The translations under genes and the position numbers were made by a program. From an uncultured virus (IMG/VR IMGVR_UViG_3300029951_000448) (taxonomy: Duplodnaviria > Heunggongvirae > Uroviricota > Caudoviricetes): 64,000 bases of DNA. The notes under the pieces are model-generated. The model was given only the letters and a program-made list of their open reading frames with translations. It did no database searches and was not told the DNA's origin. The stretch lies in the IMG/VR virus record IMGVR_UViG_3300029951_000448; one strand, 5' to 3'. Positions 36,099-46,190 of this stretch are shown here, piece by piece (the stretch's first letter is position 1; each line of letters starts with the position of its first letter).

Positions 36099-36786
36099 AT
36101 TTGCAGTAGTACGTACGTGCATGTGGCGCACACGAACAGGCCCGCGATGGCCAGCCATTCCACGAAAGTGGCGCGGAACACAGCAACTCCTCGCGTAACA
36201 AGGAGAGCGCCCGACCTAGCCAGGGAGACAGGATCTGCCTGACTGGATCGGAAGGCGTGGGGCCGGGAATACAGACTGGCCTCACGCGCAGCAGTTTTCA
36301 TGGAATCGGAATGCGCCAGTGGTGATGGTGTACCGAAGTAAGTCCGGAGATTGCGGGCCGGGTGCCGGGTATGGGCCGGTATGAGCGAGAAGGTAATAGG
36401 CGGTGCGCTGCCAGCCAGCGATGGCCGAAGCTAGGAATGCCCCACAAGCCGGGTTACTCACCTCCGGCCCGATTCCATGAAAGCTGAACAGCAGTTGGGT
36501 GAGGTGTAGCTCAGATTCTGAATGGGGTTGCCTGACGAGGTGGCCCGTGTAGGCGAGGGGATGCAGGGGTGACGATGTGGAATGGGCCTAGCTAGTCCAG
36601 GAGCCATCAGGTAGCCCCGTAATCGCTTCGAGAGAGCGCCGTCCATGCGGACGGAGGTCGCACACTGCCACCTCTCCCAACTGCTGAACTCCTCGCCCCT
36701 GGATACGGGGCACTACGACCGGCCATCTGGCCATAGTGATAGGGGATGCCGCCCGCTAGGCGGCTTACTAAATTAGTACTGCAAAT
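36099..36786 (+). ncRNA. Large multi-domain structured RNA candidate
   Basis: Closing stem ATTTGCAGTA/TACTGCAAAT; 18-bp stem 36292-36309/36469-36486; stem 36489-36506/36669-36686; many inner hairpins; no plus-strand ORF of 60 aa or more starts before 36746. Confidence 0.7.
36501..36674 (+). ncRNA. tRNA-like scaffold with D-loop insertion (not a canonical tRNA)
   Basis: GAGGTG/CACCTC acceptor-like stem, TA, GCTC/GAGC D-stem, CCGTC/GACGG anticodon-like stem, AGGTC variable region, minimal GCA-CAC-TGC T-arm. Confidence 0.55.
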
Positions 36787-36802
36787 CTCATTGGAGAAGA
36801 CT

Positions 36803-37729
36803 ATGGGCGATTCAGAGCCAACTTACGCCGGTTACACGGCAAGCGAAATTAGCGAACTGCTGGACGCATGCGATGAGGCCGGGGAAGGACTGGATAGTCT
36901 GCTCTGCGACGGCGAAATCGCTGTCAGCATCATCCGTGATCTTCTGGCCGCGCTGCTCGCCGCCTGATCGTCAAATCACCCCTTATCCCCTCAATGCTCG
37001 CGATATCGAGCAAGGAGAAAACATGGAAACGAAATTCACGGACGGCAATTGGTTCGTCTATGTAGACGCAAATGATCATCCCGGAATCGAATCCAACGCC
37101 GGCCAGTCCATCGTCATTTGGGGCGATAAAGATTCGGAGAATGACGACGCCGGGGTTCGTGGCAGGACGCCAGAAGAGGCCTTGGCGAATGCGAACCTGC
37201 TCTCTGCTTCGCCTGACATGTTCCGAGCCCTGACGGCGCTCCGTGATGCGGTGGATCGCTACTTCGGGCCGAGCCAGGCAGGGGCCGCATGGCCGAAGTA
37301 CTTTGATGCCGAAATGCACGCAGCCTGGTCGGCGCTGAACAAGGCAAACCCGACCGTCAAAGAGGCGGAAACCGCTTAGGAGAAACACCATGAACACCCT
37401 GCACAACTGGATTGTTGTATTGGCCTGCGCTTATATGGAGTACACCGAGTACCGCGGCAAGCAGGTGTATCGGCGCACAGTTGGATATGACTGTGTCGTG
37501 TGGTGCTGAGATGGATCGAGATGAGCGCGAGAAATGGAATACACGCCCAATGACCGTGACAGTCACCGAACATTGCGAGCACTGCAAGACGCTCAAGCCG
37601 GATGTGCAGAAGCGGGAGCATGCGCAGTACTGGCCAACCGTCGCGCTGAAGATCACAAGCTGCCTGTCCTGCTTCGAAGTCGCAAAAGAAAAGGCCATAC
37701 GGGAATCCAGGGTTGAATATTCGATGTGA
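36803..37729 (+). other. Small hypothetical CDS (36803-36967, 37023-37379, 37390-37509, 37511-37729)
   Basis: GGAG-type RBSs; 37023 has the T.G.W...ANANLLSASPD phage pattern. Confidence 0.6.
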
Positions 37730-37738
37730 GAGCAGAAC

Positions 37739-38209
37739 ATGAAGCTAATACCGCTAAACAAAGGCGCGTTTGCGATGGTAGACGATTCAGACTTCGAGGA
37801 ATTGTCTAAATTCAAATGGTATCTGAACGGTCCTGGATATGCGTTTCGCTACTCGCCGCGCGTCAATGGTAAGCAGAGAACGCAGGGCATGCATCGCCAG
37901 ATCATGGGCTTGGAACATGGCGATACTCGCAAAGTCGATCATATAGATCACAACCCGCTTAATAACCAGCGATCAAATCTTCGTGTTTGCACCCAAGGGC
38001 AAAACATGTGCAATCGGGGGCCGGCAAAGAGCAATCGATCCGGGCTAAAAGGTGCTGGCTGGAGAGAAGATATGGGCAGATGGCAAGCTCAGATTCAGAT
38101 GGACGGAAAGAATAAGCATCTTGGAATGTTTGATACCGCCGAAGAGGCTCACGCAGCATATCGAAAAGCTGCGGATGAAATTCATGGTGAATTTGCTAAC
38201 TACGGATAG
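37739..38209 (+). CDS. HNH-AP2 homing endonuclease
   Basis: AMVDDSDFEEL..MHRQIMG..VDHIDHNPLNNQRSNLR..SGLKG..HLG.FDTAEEAH.AY..HGEFA. Confidence 0.92.
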   Translation: MKLIPLNKGAFAMVDDSDFEELSKFKWYLNGPGYAFRYSPRVNGKQRTQGMHRQIMGLEHGDTRKVDHIDHNPLNNQRSNLRVCTQGQNMCNRGPAKSNRSGLKGAGWREDMGRWQAQIQMDGKNKHLGMFDTAEEAHAAYRKAADEIHGEFANYG

Positions 38210-38317
38210 ATCGATATGACCCACCTACTTATCGGCGCCAGCATCTGGGCCTTCTGTGCCGCCATGGCTTATCTCTTTGTGCGCGGTGCGTGTCAACGAA
38301 AGGTGGAGGGGGAGTAA

Positions 38318-38512
38318 ATGAAAAAGCAACGTGGTGATGTAGCAGCCGGATTGATTGTCGGGATTGTATTCCTGATCTGTCTTGGCGCATGGCTCACGCA
38401 TATCGTTGACTGCCTTGTGCATCAGCTTTACGTCCTGCTGCTGGTCGGGGTATTTGTGTTCCCCGTTGGCATCTTTCACGGCATCGGTGTTTGGTTTGGG
38501 TTATGGGCATGA
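38318..38512 (+). CDS. Small membrane protein
   Basis: Two hydrophobic segments; AWLTH..C..FPVGIFHGIG.W. Confidence 0.7.
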   Translation: MKKQRGDVAAGLIVGIVFLICLGAWLTHIVDCLVHQLYVLLLVGVFVFPVGIFHGIGVWFGLWA

Positions 38513-38745
38513 GTACCACTCTTGCCGATCAGATCCGCTCCATCGTCGCCGAACAACTATGCATGCCTCCCGCCGAAATAGCCGACCACGACTCCCTGTC
38601 GCAGAAACACAGGATGGACAGCCTGGATCGCGTCGAGATCGGCCTGACAGTGGAGCATGTCCTGAAGGTCGAACTGGATGACGACGTGATGTTTCGCTTC
38701 GACACGATTGCCGCGCTGATTGAGGCGGTTGAGACAACGGTTTAA
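38509..38745 (+). CDS. Acyl carrier protein-like
   Basis: 78 aa, acidic: IRSIVAEQL...MDSLDRVEI...EH...ELDDD...TIAALIEAV, colinear with AcpP including the DSL phosphopantetheine Ser. Confidence 0.85.
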   Translation: MSTTLADQIRSIVAEQLCMPPAEIADHDSLSQKHRMDSLDRVEIGLTVEHVLKVELDDDVMFRFDTIAALIEAVETTV

Positions 38746-38759
38746 CCAAAGGGGTTGAT

Positions 38760-38990
38760 ATGGGATGGGCAGGCGGATCGCGCGTTATGTCGGAAATCAT
38801 TGTGGCTATCAAGCCGCACATGCCGGATGAAAACGCTCGCAAAGAAGTCTACAAGATTCTGATCGGCGTTTTCGAGGATGACGATTGGGATACGCAGGAT
38901 GAATGCGAAGGCGAAGACCCGGCATTTGACGCGGCGCTCGCTGAACTGCATCCGGACTGGTACGAGGAAGACGAGGAAGACGAGGATTAG
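38760..38990 (+). CDS. Acidic hypothetical protein (MGWAGGS...FEDDDWDT)
   Basis: Clean ORF after the ACP-like gene. Confidence 0.75.
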   Translation: MGWAGGSRVMSEIIVAIKPHMPDENARKEVYKILIGVFEDDDWDTQDECEGEDPAFDAALAELHPDWYEEDEEDED

Positions 38991-39245
38991 CCGAACTCGA
39001 CGTGACACCTACCGGGCCTGTAGTGGGCGCAATGAGTGGTGCGACTTCCGTGAGAGAGCGCACCCCGCCAGGGTGACGGCGTGTAGCGTGTCAAGCTGGA
39101 TCGGTTAGGGCTTAAAACTTACCGATGACAGCCCGGAATAGACGGGCGCCCTGAGTGGTGGTGATTGCGGGGTTCAACACCTCGGCAATGACCATATCGA
39201 AAGTGCTGGTAGCGAACGGTTTCCAGTCGCCATCACTGAGGGCAA
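38991..39245 (+). ncRNA. Candidate structured intergenic RNA
   Basis: Hairpins ATCGGT..ACCGAT and GCCCG-GAATAGA-CGGGC; long stem GCCCTGAGTGGTGG/CCATCACTGAGGGC. Confidence 0.45.
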
Positions 39246-39281
39246 ACCTTAACGAATTAAGCACTCCTATGGAGAAAAGTC

Positions 39282-42200
39282 ATGGGTAAAGCAAACAATG
39301 CGCGCCTCTGGGAGCAATTCCAGCCCGCACCCGAGCAGGACGAGGAGAACTCCGGCGTCGCACTGTGGGACGACGACGCATGGGGAAACCGGAGCGAGGC
39401 TGATGCCCATCAGAAACGTCTGCAAGCCGAGGCTGCTGGAGTGGGGATAGGGGAGTGGAACTAATGACCTGCAACTGTGTACGCGACAACGAGAGCCGTC
39501 TTGCTGACCACTACACCGAACACCTTGGCGTTCCAGCCAAGGCAGAGGCGAAGAACGTCGCGATTGTATTCGGCGCCGGCCTTAGCGAACGTCCTTACCT
39601 GCCCTACGCGATCAAAGCCGACAAGCCTGGATTCAAGAGCGCGAAGGGCAAGGAAATCAGCATGTTCTTCAACTTCTGTCCGTTCTGCGGCGTGAAGATT
39701 GAGAAGGAACCAACATGAGCAAGTCACCCGCAAAGCGCGTCGAGTATCTGGAAGATATCGTGATTGGCGCTGGATTCCTGCTCAAGAAATTGCAGTCCCG
39801 GTACGGCTCGGATTTCGGCGCCGGCATGGACGAACAGGTACGTCACTGCATTCGTGATTGCGACGAGGTTGGCCGGGTCAAGACGCAACGTGAGGCGAAC
39901 GGGTCATGAGTCCGCGACCCTTCTTTTTCCGCCGCCTCTCCTCCCGCATCGCCCGCCAGATATGCGGCGAAGAACGGTCACCGGTAAGCGGCGCTCGCGG
40001 CGACGTATTTGCTGGTGCGCTGATTCTTCTCTGCTGCGTCGGCGTAGGTTCAGTTGCGTTGATCCTGGTGCTTGGTGCGCCGCTTCTTAATCTGGTTTGC
40101 TGGGGTGTGAGATGAGCAACGTTCGATTCTTCTGGATTGGTGAGCCATCCGAAATATTCGCCGCCGAGTCATGGGAACAGATTCTTGCCGATGCAGGCGA
40201 GTCGGGAACCGGTCTCGAGAAATTCATTGATGGCGTACCGGTTGACGACTGGGGTGATCCGATTGACTGGGGCGAGATCGATGGTAGCGACCGTCTGACC
40301 GTTCGCGATTGCGACGAGGACGAGCGGCACCTCGGAACGCTCACCGGCTCGATGCATGACCACTACGCATGGCAGGGAAGCGAGCGTTACGGGCTGCCCG
40401 TGATGATGTTCACGCAATACAACTAGGGGACCGTCATGTTGAAGACTGCTGAGTGGCATGTGGTTGACGATTCCGACCGAGACTACACCGTATCGATTTC
40501 CGCCGAGGCAAGAAAACGCCTCTCAGACGAAGGTCTCCGCCGAGCCGCCAACGATAACCAACTGCTCACGACGACCGCGCGCAAGCACGAAGTCCTGGCG
40601 GGCACGATTTGCGGCCTGATCGTGGTGGCGATTGTGTGGGCCATTTTCAGGAGCCTGTGATGAGCATATTTTCATTGCGCAAGCCACTCCGGATGTATGC
40701 ATCGCACTTGAACCGCGCCCAGCGTAAGCGGTGGATGCAAATGCGGCTGGAGCGCTCGCCACGTGTGCCAATCTCAACCGGCTACGTCTCGCCCAGCATT
40801 GCGCGGACGTACACGCATATGAATGTTAGAGGTATCGCATGAAACCTCTCGCCGGAAAGCGCGCCTTCTATCGCATGGGCCAGCGCGCACTTCATGCCTG
40901 CACGTTTGTTCGTGTCAGCCAGTGGCCTGAGTGGGCGCAACGCGCATATCAACAAGGCTATGACGACGAGCGCTGGTCAAAGGCGCGCATGACCGTCAAG
41001 ACGTGGCCTGCCGACAAATTAACGGAGAGCATCCGATGAAATCCCCAATGGTCACCAACCTGGACTGCGTACCGGACAAGGATAGCTATTCCGAGCTTCA
41101 GGTCTTGCGCTCGGCGGCTGGTTTCTATGTCGGCACGCTCCACACAGACGAGGATGGTTTTGTTGAGCCGGGCTCGCGCGATTCGGGTTACTTCGGCACC
41201 CGGCAAGAGGCAGAGCGATATCTGCAAATGGTGAGCGAGGTTCTGAACCCGAGTGAATATTTGAGGATGGAGCCATGAGCGATGCAATGTTGTTGGGTGT
41301 CTTGCGCATGCCCGAGGAAATGATCACCGGTAGCACGCTTTCTCTGGTCCAGTTTATCAACCGGGCACGCGAGGCGGCAGACCGGATCGCGCGTGACGCG
41401 GATTTGATTGACGACCTGACCGAAGCTCTGCAAGCCATCACTGACCAACTTGAGCGCATTGGCGATACCCGGCCCCACAAGGATGGTCGGTACATCGAGG
41501 ATGCTCGCGCTGCACTGGCTAAATCCCTGGGAGCCGCGCCATGACCACACCCTACCAAATCAGCCTACTGCACCACACGTTGGGCCTGAGCGAGCAACGC
41601 CGCGAGCCGTACCGCAATCACTTTGTTGCAGGCGACGGTCATCACGATATGTACCACCTCTCAGCCCTTGAGCGCGCAGGCTTGATGGAGCGCCGAGCCA
41701 CGCCGAAATTTCTTGAGCCTGGCGACATTGTGTTTGCGGCGACGGAAGCGGGGCGCGAGGTTGCGATTGCAGCGCTGCCGGAACCCAAGCCGCCAGCCAA
41801 GCGCACCCGGTACGAGGACTATCTCGATGCGGATGGATGTGCTGGCGACTCATTCACCGAGTTTCTGTGTGGCCGCCAATTTCCGTTGTTCGAGAGTCGC
41901 CGAGCGCCGCGCGACCAGAAAGGCGACCGTTTTGGCGATCAGTACCGCATGTACCGGTTGGGCAAAGAAGCATGGTGCTACGAGCGCGATGTTACTGGCG
42001 AATGGTGCGCCACGAAGAAGGAAGCCAAGGCGAGTTACAAGGCTGCGCTGAAGTCTCGCGCGACTCGGTACAGGGAGGCCGCATGACCCTGATCGATACC
42101 GAGCCCGACCCAACAGAAGAGACCACCTACGGCTATTGCGCCCATTGCGAATGTAACGTGCAGACGGTACGTGCTGACTATGGGCATGGCTACTGTTTCG

Positions 42201-42657
42201 GCAGCATCTGCGCGTGTCACGAAGATTGGCGAGAGGTTTGTCAAAAGTGCGAATCGGAAGTGGGTGAGGCTAGGGGTGAGGAGGAGGAAGTATGAACGAG
42301 TTCTACATCGTCAGTTCGAAGCACACCCGCCGCGATCATCGGTACGTCACGCTCTGGCGTCCTGATGATCGAGGCTACACGTTCCGCGCTTCGTCGGCTG
42401 GCCGGTATTCCGAGGATCGCGTTCGCGCCCATCTTGGCTATTACAACTCCGGTTGCTCCATCGCCGTGCCGTGCGAGGTGATTGACTCACGCACGGTCAT
42501 GACGACGCCGCGAGATCAGTTTGATGGTCCGGACGGCCCTGCGTTTCTTAACACTGCGGCGAACTGGAAACTGCTGCTCGCGAATGTGATCGAGCCGCCT
42601 TCCTATCCGCCTACGCCCCAATACAAGGGTGCACCTAGAAAAAAGGAGTTTGCATGA
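39282..42657 (+). other. Run of about 13 small translationally coupled hypothetical CDS
   Basis: 39282, 39464, 39715, 39906, 40112, 40436, 40660, 40839, 41036, 41275, 41541, 42083 and 42292 starts, mostly ATGA/TAATG overlaps; several CxxC proteins. Confidence 0.65.
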
Positions 42658-43853
42658 CAACCGAACTGACATTGCCCGAACGCGCCGCAGTAGCGCTGGG
42701 CACTGCAAAGCATGAAAAGGAACTGCTAGAACTGGTCGAGCAATCGAAATCGATCACCGAAATCAAGAACAAGGACGCGCGCGAACAGTGCCACAGCACG
42801 GCGATGGTCCTGCGGACTCGCCGCACCAGCATCCGTAAGGCTGGCAAGGATGCGCGCGACGACGCCACCAAGTTCTCAAAAGCGGTGATTGCTGAAGAGG
42901 ATCGGCTGGTTGCTCTCATCGAGCCGGACGAAACGCGATTGATCGCTTTGCGGGACGTTTGGGATGCCGAGCGCGAGGCAGAACGTCAAGCCAAGCTCGA
43001 AGCGGAGCAAAAGCGCGTTGGCGACATCCGATCGCGTATCGCGGATATGGCTGCGATTCCTACCATGATGGTCGGTAAGTCGTCGGAGGCCATCGCGATA
43101 GCAATCGAGAGTCTGGAAGCGACTGAAATCACGCTTGACACACACCAGGAGTTCGCGGGCGAAGGTGAGATGGCGAAGATTGCCACGCTCGACAAGCTCA
43201 GGGAAATGTGGGTGGCGCAAGCGGCGGTCGAGCTGGCTGCAGCCGAAGCCGCCCGCCAAGCCGAACTGGATCGCATCGAACGCGAGCGAGTAGCCGAAGC
43301 AAACAGGCTGGAAGCCAAGCGACTCGCAGACCTTGCCGCTGCGATGGAAGTTGAGGCGCAACTGGCGCGTGACCGGCAAGCGCTGGCAGACAAGCAGGCG
43401 CGTGAGAAGCGCGAGGCAGTAGAAGCGGAACAGCGTGCAGCCAACGAACGCGCCGCAGCAGCAATGCGGGCAGAACAGCAAGCGCATGAACAGCGCATGG
43501 CCTCTGAACGCGCTGAGTTGCAGCGTCAACAGGATGAAATCACCCGCGCCCGTGAAGCAGTGGAGGCGGAAGCCCGAGCCAAGCGCGAGGCAGAGGAAGC
43601 CGCTGCTCGCGCCGAGGCCCAGCGAGTTGCCGACGAACAGGCCGCCGAGGCACGACGCATTCAGGCCGAGAAAGACGCGCGCCAAGCAGAGCACGAACGC
43701 CGTGTGCGCGTCGAGTTTGAACGCGTCGGCCCGGGCGAGAAAAAGATTCTCGATGTGCTGGCCGAACAGTTCGAGGTGAACCGCGAGGTTGCGCTCAATT
43801 GGATCGTGACGTTCGACGTCGAGCGTATTAACCACATGGAGAAAGCAGCGTGA
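42654..43853 (+). CDS. Long coiled-coil protein upstream of the recombination genes
   Basis: E/A/R/Q-rich heptads; AGGAG RBS. Confidence 0.8.
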   Translation: MTTELTLPERAAVALGTAKHEKELLELVEQSKSITEIKNKDAREQCHSTAMVLRTRRTSIRKAGKDARDDATKFSKAVIAEEDRLVALIEPDETRLIALRDVWDAEREAERQAKLEAEQKRVGDIRSRIADMAAIPTMMVGKSSEAIAIAIESLEATEITLDTHQEFAGEGEMAKIATLDKLREMWVAQAAVELAAAEAARQAELDRIERERVAEANRLEAKRLADLAAAMEVEAQLARDRQALADKQAREKREAVEAEQRAANERAAAAMRAEQQAHEQRMASERAELQRQQDEITRAREAVEAEARAKREAEEAAARAEAQRVADEQAAEARRIQAEKDARQAEHERRVRVEFERVGPGEKKILDVLAEQFEVNREVALNWIVTFDVERINHMEKAA

Positions 43854-44506
43854 GGCCTCTGCCAATTTTCCCTGGGGATGTCTACGGTCGGTGGACAGTC
43901 ATATCGCTTGATAAGTCTAAACCAAGGCGAAGATGGTTGTGTCGGTGCATATGCGGATCGGAGAGTCGCATTTACCCAAAAGCCCTAAAAGGCGGCGAAA
44001 CTATTTCTTGCGGATGTTATGGCAGGGAGGCGCGAATAGCCGCAAACACAAAACATGGGCATGGGCGGAAGGGGAAGAAATCAAAAACTTTCCAGGTTTG
44101 GATGGGAATGGTCAACAGATGCCATTCCCCTCAACAGGAGGCATACCCGCACTATGGTGGCAGGGGAATTACGGTGTGTGATGCATGGCGAGAAAATTTC
44201 TCCACCTTCCTTGCCGACATGGGCGAGCAGCCGCCGGGGTACTCGATTGAACGCAATGATGTGAACGGGAACTACGAGCCGGGGAATTGCCGCTGGGCAA
44301 CAACCATTGAGCAACGAAACAACACCCGATCCAACGTCATGATTTCCGTCGCCGATGACTTGATGACGATGGCGGAATTTGCGAGGCGTCATGGGTTTGA
44401 CTATAAGCGCACCAGTCATCGCATAAGGCGGGGCGCGACTGAAATAAACGGCGTCAAATTTGAATTACTTGGGCGCCGCGATTCAATTCGCAAAGAAGCA
44501 GCATAA
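43850..44506 (+). CDS. HNH-type homing endonuclease
   Basis: GRWTV..WLCRCICG..SCGC..W.GM..RC..YGGRGITVC..W..F..DMG..SIERNDVNGNYEPGNCRWAT. Confidence 0.85.
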   Translation: MRPLPIFPGDVYGRWTVISLDKSKPRRRWLCRCICGSESRIYPKALKGGETISCGCYGREARIAANTKHGHGRKGKKSKTFQVWMGMVNRCHSPQQEAYPHYGGRGITVCDAWRENFSTFLADMGEQPPGYSIERNDVNGNYEPGNCRWATTIEQRNNTRSNVMISVADDLMTMAEFARRHGFDYKRTSHRIRRGATEINGVKFELLGRRDSIRKEAA

Positions 44507-44548
44507 CCAACCCTCAAAGTGCGGCCGAGTCTCGCACGCGGAGAAACC

Positions 44549-45391
44549 ATGAACGATTTAACCCTTCCCCAGTCTTCGGACCTGTCGCCGCGCTCGCTAG
44601 ATGAGGCGATGCGCCTAGCCGATGTTTTGGCTAACTCAACCTTTGTCCCCAAGGATTGTCAGGGCAAACCCGGAAACATCCTTGTTGCCATCCAGTGGGG
44701 CATGGAGATCGGCCTGAAGCCGATGCAGGCCATGCAGAACATCGCCGTTATCAATGGGCGTCCGTCGATCTGGGGCGACGCAGCGCTAGCTCTGGTACTC
44801 GCATCGCCCGTTTGTGATGATGTGGTCGAGTTCTACGAAGGCACGGGAGACGACTATTGCGCCGTGTGTATCGCCAAGCGAAAGGGCAAGACCGACAAGA
44901 CAAACAAGTTTTCCATCAAGGATGCGAAGGCTGCGGGCTTGAGCGGAAAGCAGGGTCCGTGGACGCAGTACCGCGACCGCATGCTGAAGATGCGCGCCCG
45001 TGCGTTCTCGTTGCGCGACCAGTTCACGGACGTCCTGAAGGGCATCGCAATCACAGAGGAGGTGATGGACTACTCGACCATCGAGAAGGACATCACGCCC
45101 GGCAAGCAGGCGCCGGCGCAGATCGCCCAGCAAGCCGCAGCCGCCGCTCGTCCGGAGCGTACGCAACACCACGTCGACATCATTGCCAAGCTGGAAAAGA
45201 TTTCGACGGAACTGGGTTTCGAGCCGTTCAAGGAAGAATGGTCGAAGTTGCCGCGTGAAGACCGAGCGGCTATCGGACTCGGTGAGCGCGACCGGATTGC
45301 GTTGCTGGCAGGTGCCATACCCGAACCACAACAAGCGCTTGAAGGGCCTGCCGACGACGCGCAACGCCAACCGGGAGTAGACGATGAGTGA
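44549..45391 (+). CDS. recT: RecT-family single-strand annealing protein
   Basis: GKPGNILVAIQWGMEIGL.PMQA.QNIAVINGRPS.WGD..WTQY..RML..RA..LRDQF.DVL.G. Confidence 0.9.
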   Translation: MNDLTLPQSSDLSPRSLDEAMRLADVLANSTFVPKDCQGKPGNILVAIQWGMEIGLKPMQAMQNIAVINGRPSIWGDAALALVLASPVCDDVVEFYEGTGDDYCAVCIAKRKGKTDKTNKFSIKDAKAAGLSGKQGPWTQYRDRMLKMRARAFSLRDQFTDVLKGIAITEEVMDYSTIEKDITPGKQAPAQIAQQAAAAARPERTQHHVDIIAKLEKISTELGFEPFKEEWSKLPREDRAAIGLGERDRIALLAGAIPEPQQALEGPADDAQRQPGVDDE

Positions 45392-46061
45392 TGTGATTGA
45401 ACAGCGGTCGGAGGCGTGGCGCGAACTCAGGGCGGGCAAACTGACTGCCTCATGTTTCGGCGACGCTATCGACATAGCAGATGCCGAACCCGGCGCGGTC
45501 TACAAGTCCGGCCCGCGCAAGGGTCAACCCAAACTTCCCGAGTCATCAGCGGCGCGCAACACCTACATGCGCGTCGTCGCGTTCGAGCGCACCTCCGGCA
45601 TTCCGAAACATGAGATCGGCGCCAAGTCCCTGAACTGGGGCATTGATGTCGAGCCCTTCGCGCGCGAGGCGTACGAACTCGAAACGGGCAACATCGTCAC
45701 GCAAAGCACCTTTATCGTGCACCCGCAGTTCGATTTCATCGGATGCAGTCCGGACGGACTCGTCGGCACTCTTGGCGGCATCGAAATGAAGTGCCCGCAC
45801 GACGAACAGGTGCATATCAAGACGATGCTGGAGGGGATGCCGAAAGAGCACCTTCCGCAGGTTCAAGGCGGAATGCTTTGCACGGGCCGCGCATGGTGGG
45901 ACTTCGTTTCCTACGATCCCCGCCAGAAGGAAAACCTCCGACTCTACGTGCAGCGCATCGAACGTGACGAAGCGTTCATTCAAAAGCTCTTGACCGGCCT
46001 GCTGCAATTTAATGCTGAAGTCGAAGCCATGATTCGCCAGCTTGAGAAGCGCGCAGCCTAA
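45384..46061 (+). CDS. YqaJ/lambda-type exonuclease
   Basis: EQRSEAW..RAGKLTAS..WG..EP.AR..YE..GCSPDGLV..IEMKCP..QVQ..WDFVSYDP. Confidence 0.93.
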   Translation: MSDVIEQRSEAWRELRAGKLTASCFGDAIDIADAEPGAVYKSGPRKGQPKLPESSAARNTYMRVVAFERTSGIPKHEIGAKSLNWGIDVEPFAREAYELETGNIVTQSTFIVHPQFDFIGCSPDGLVGTLGGIEMKCPHDEQVHIKTMLEGMPKEHLPQVQGGMLCTGRAWWDFVSYDPRQKENLRLYVQRIERDEAFIQKLLTGLLQFNAEVEAMIRQLEKRAA

Positions 46062-46190
46062 CCGCCACATCGAATCCGCTTCCGCCGAAAAAGCGAGGCA
46101 AGCGGCTTGATTTACCCCGCCACAGCATTGCACGCATTGGCTAACGCGCTCCGCGGTAAGTCGGTGTGCGGCACCTAATTGAGAGAGATT

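Noticed and set aside
36501..36674. Canonical or intron-containing tRNA
   Set aside because: No TTC T-loop, 6-nt anticodon loop, no CCA directly after the stem, and the insert is in the D-loop with no group I/II hallmarks I could see.
42654..43853. Tape measure or TolA protein
   Set aside because: It lies in the early recombination operon and has no TM anchor; it is a low-complexity coiled coil only.
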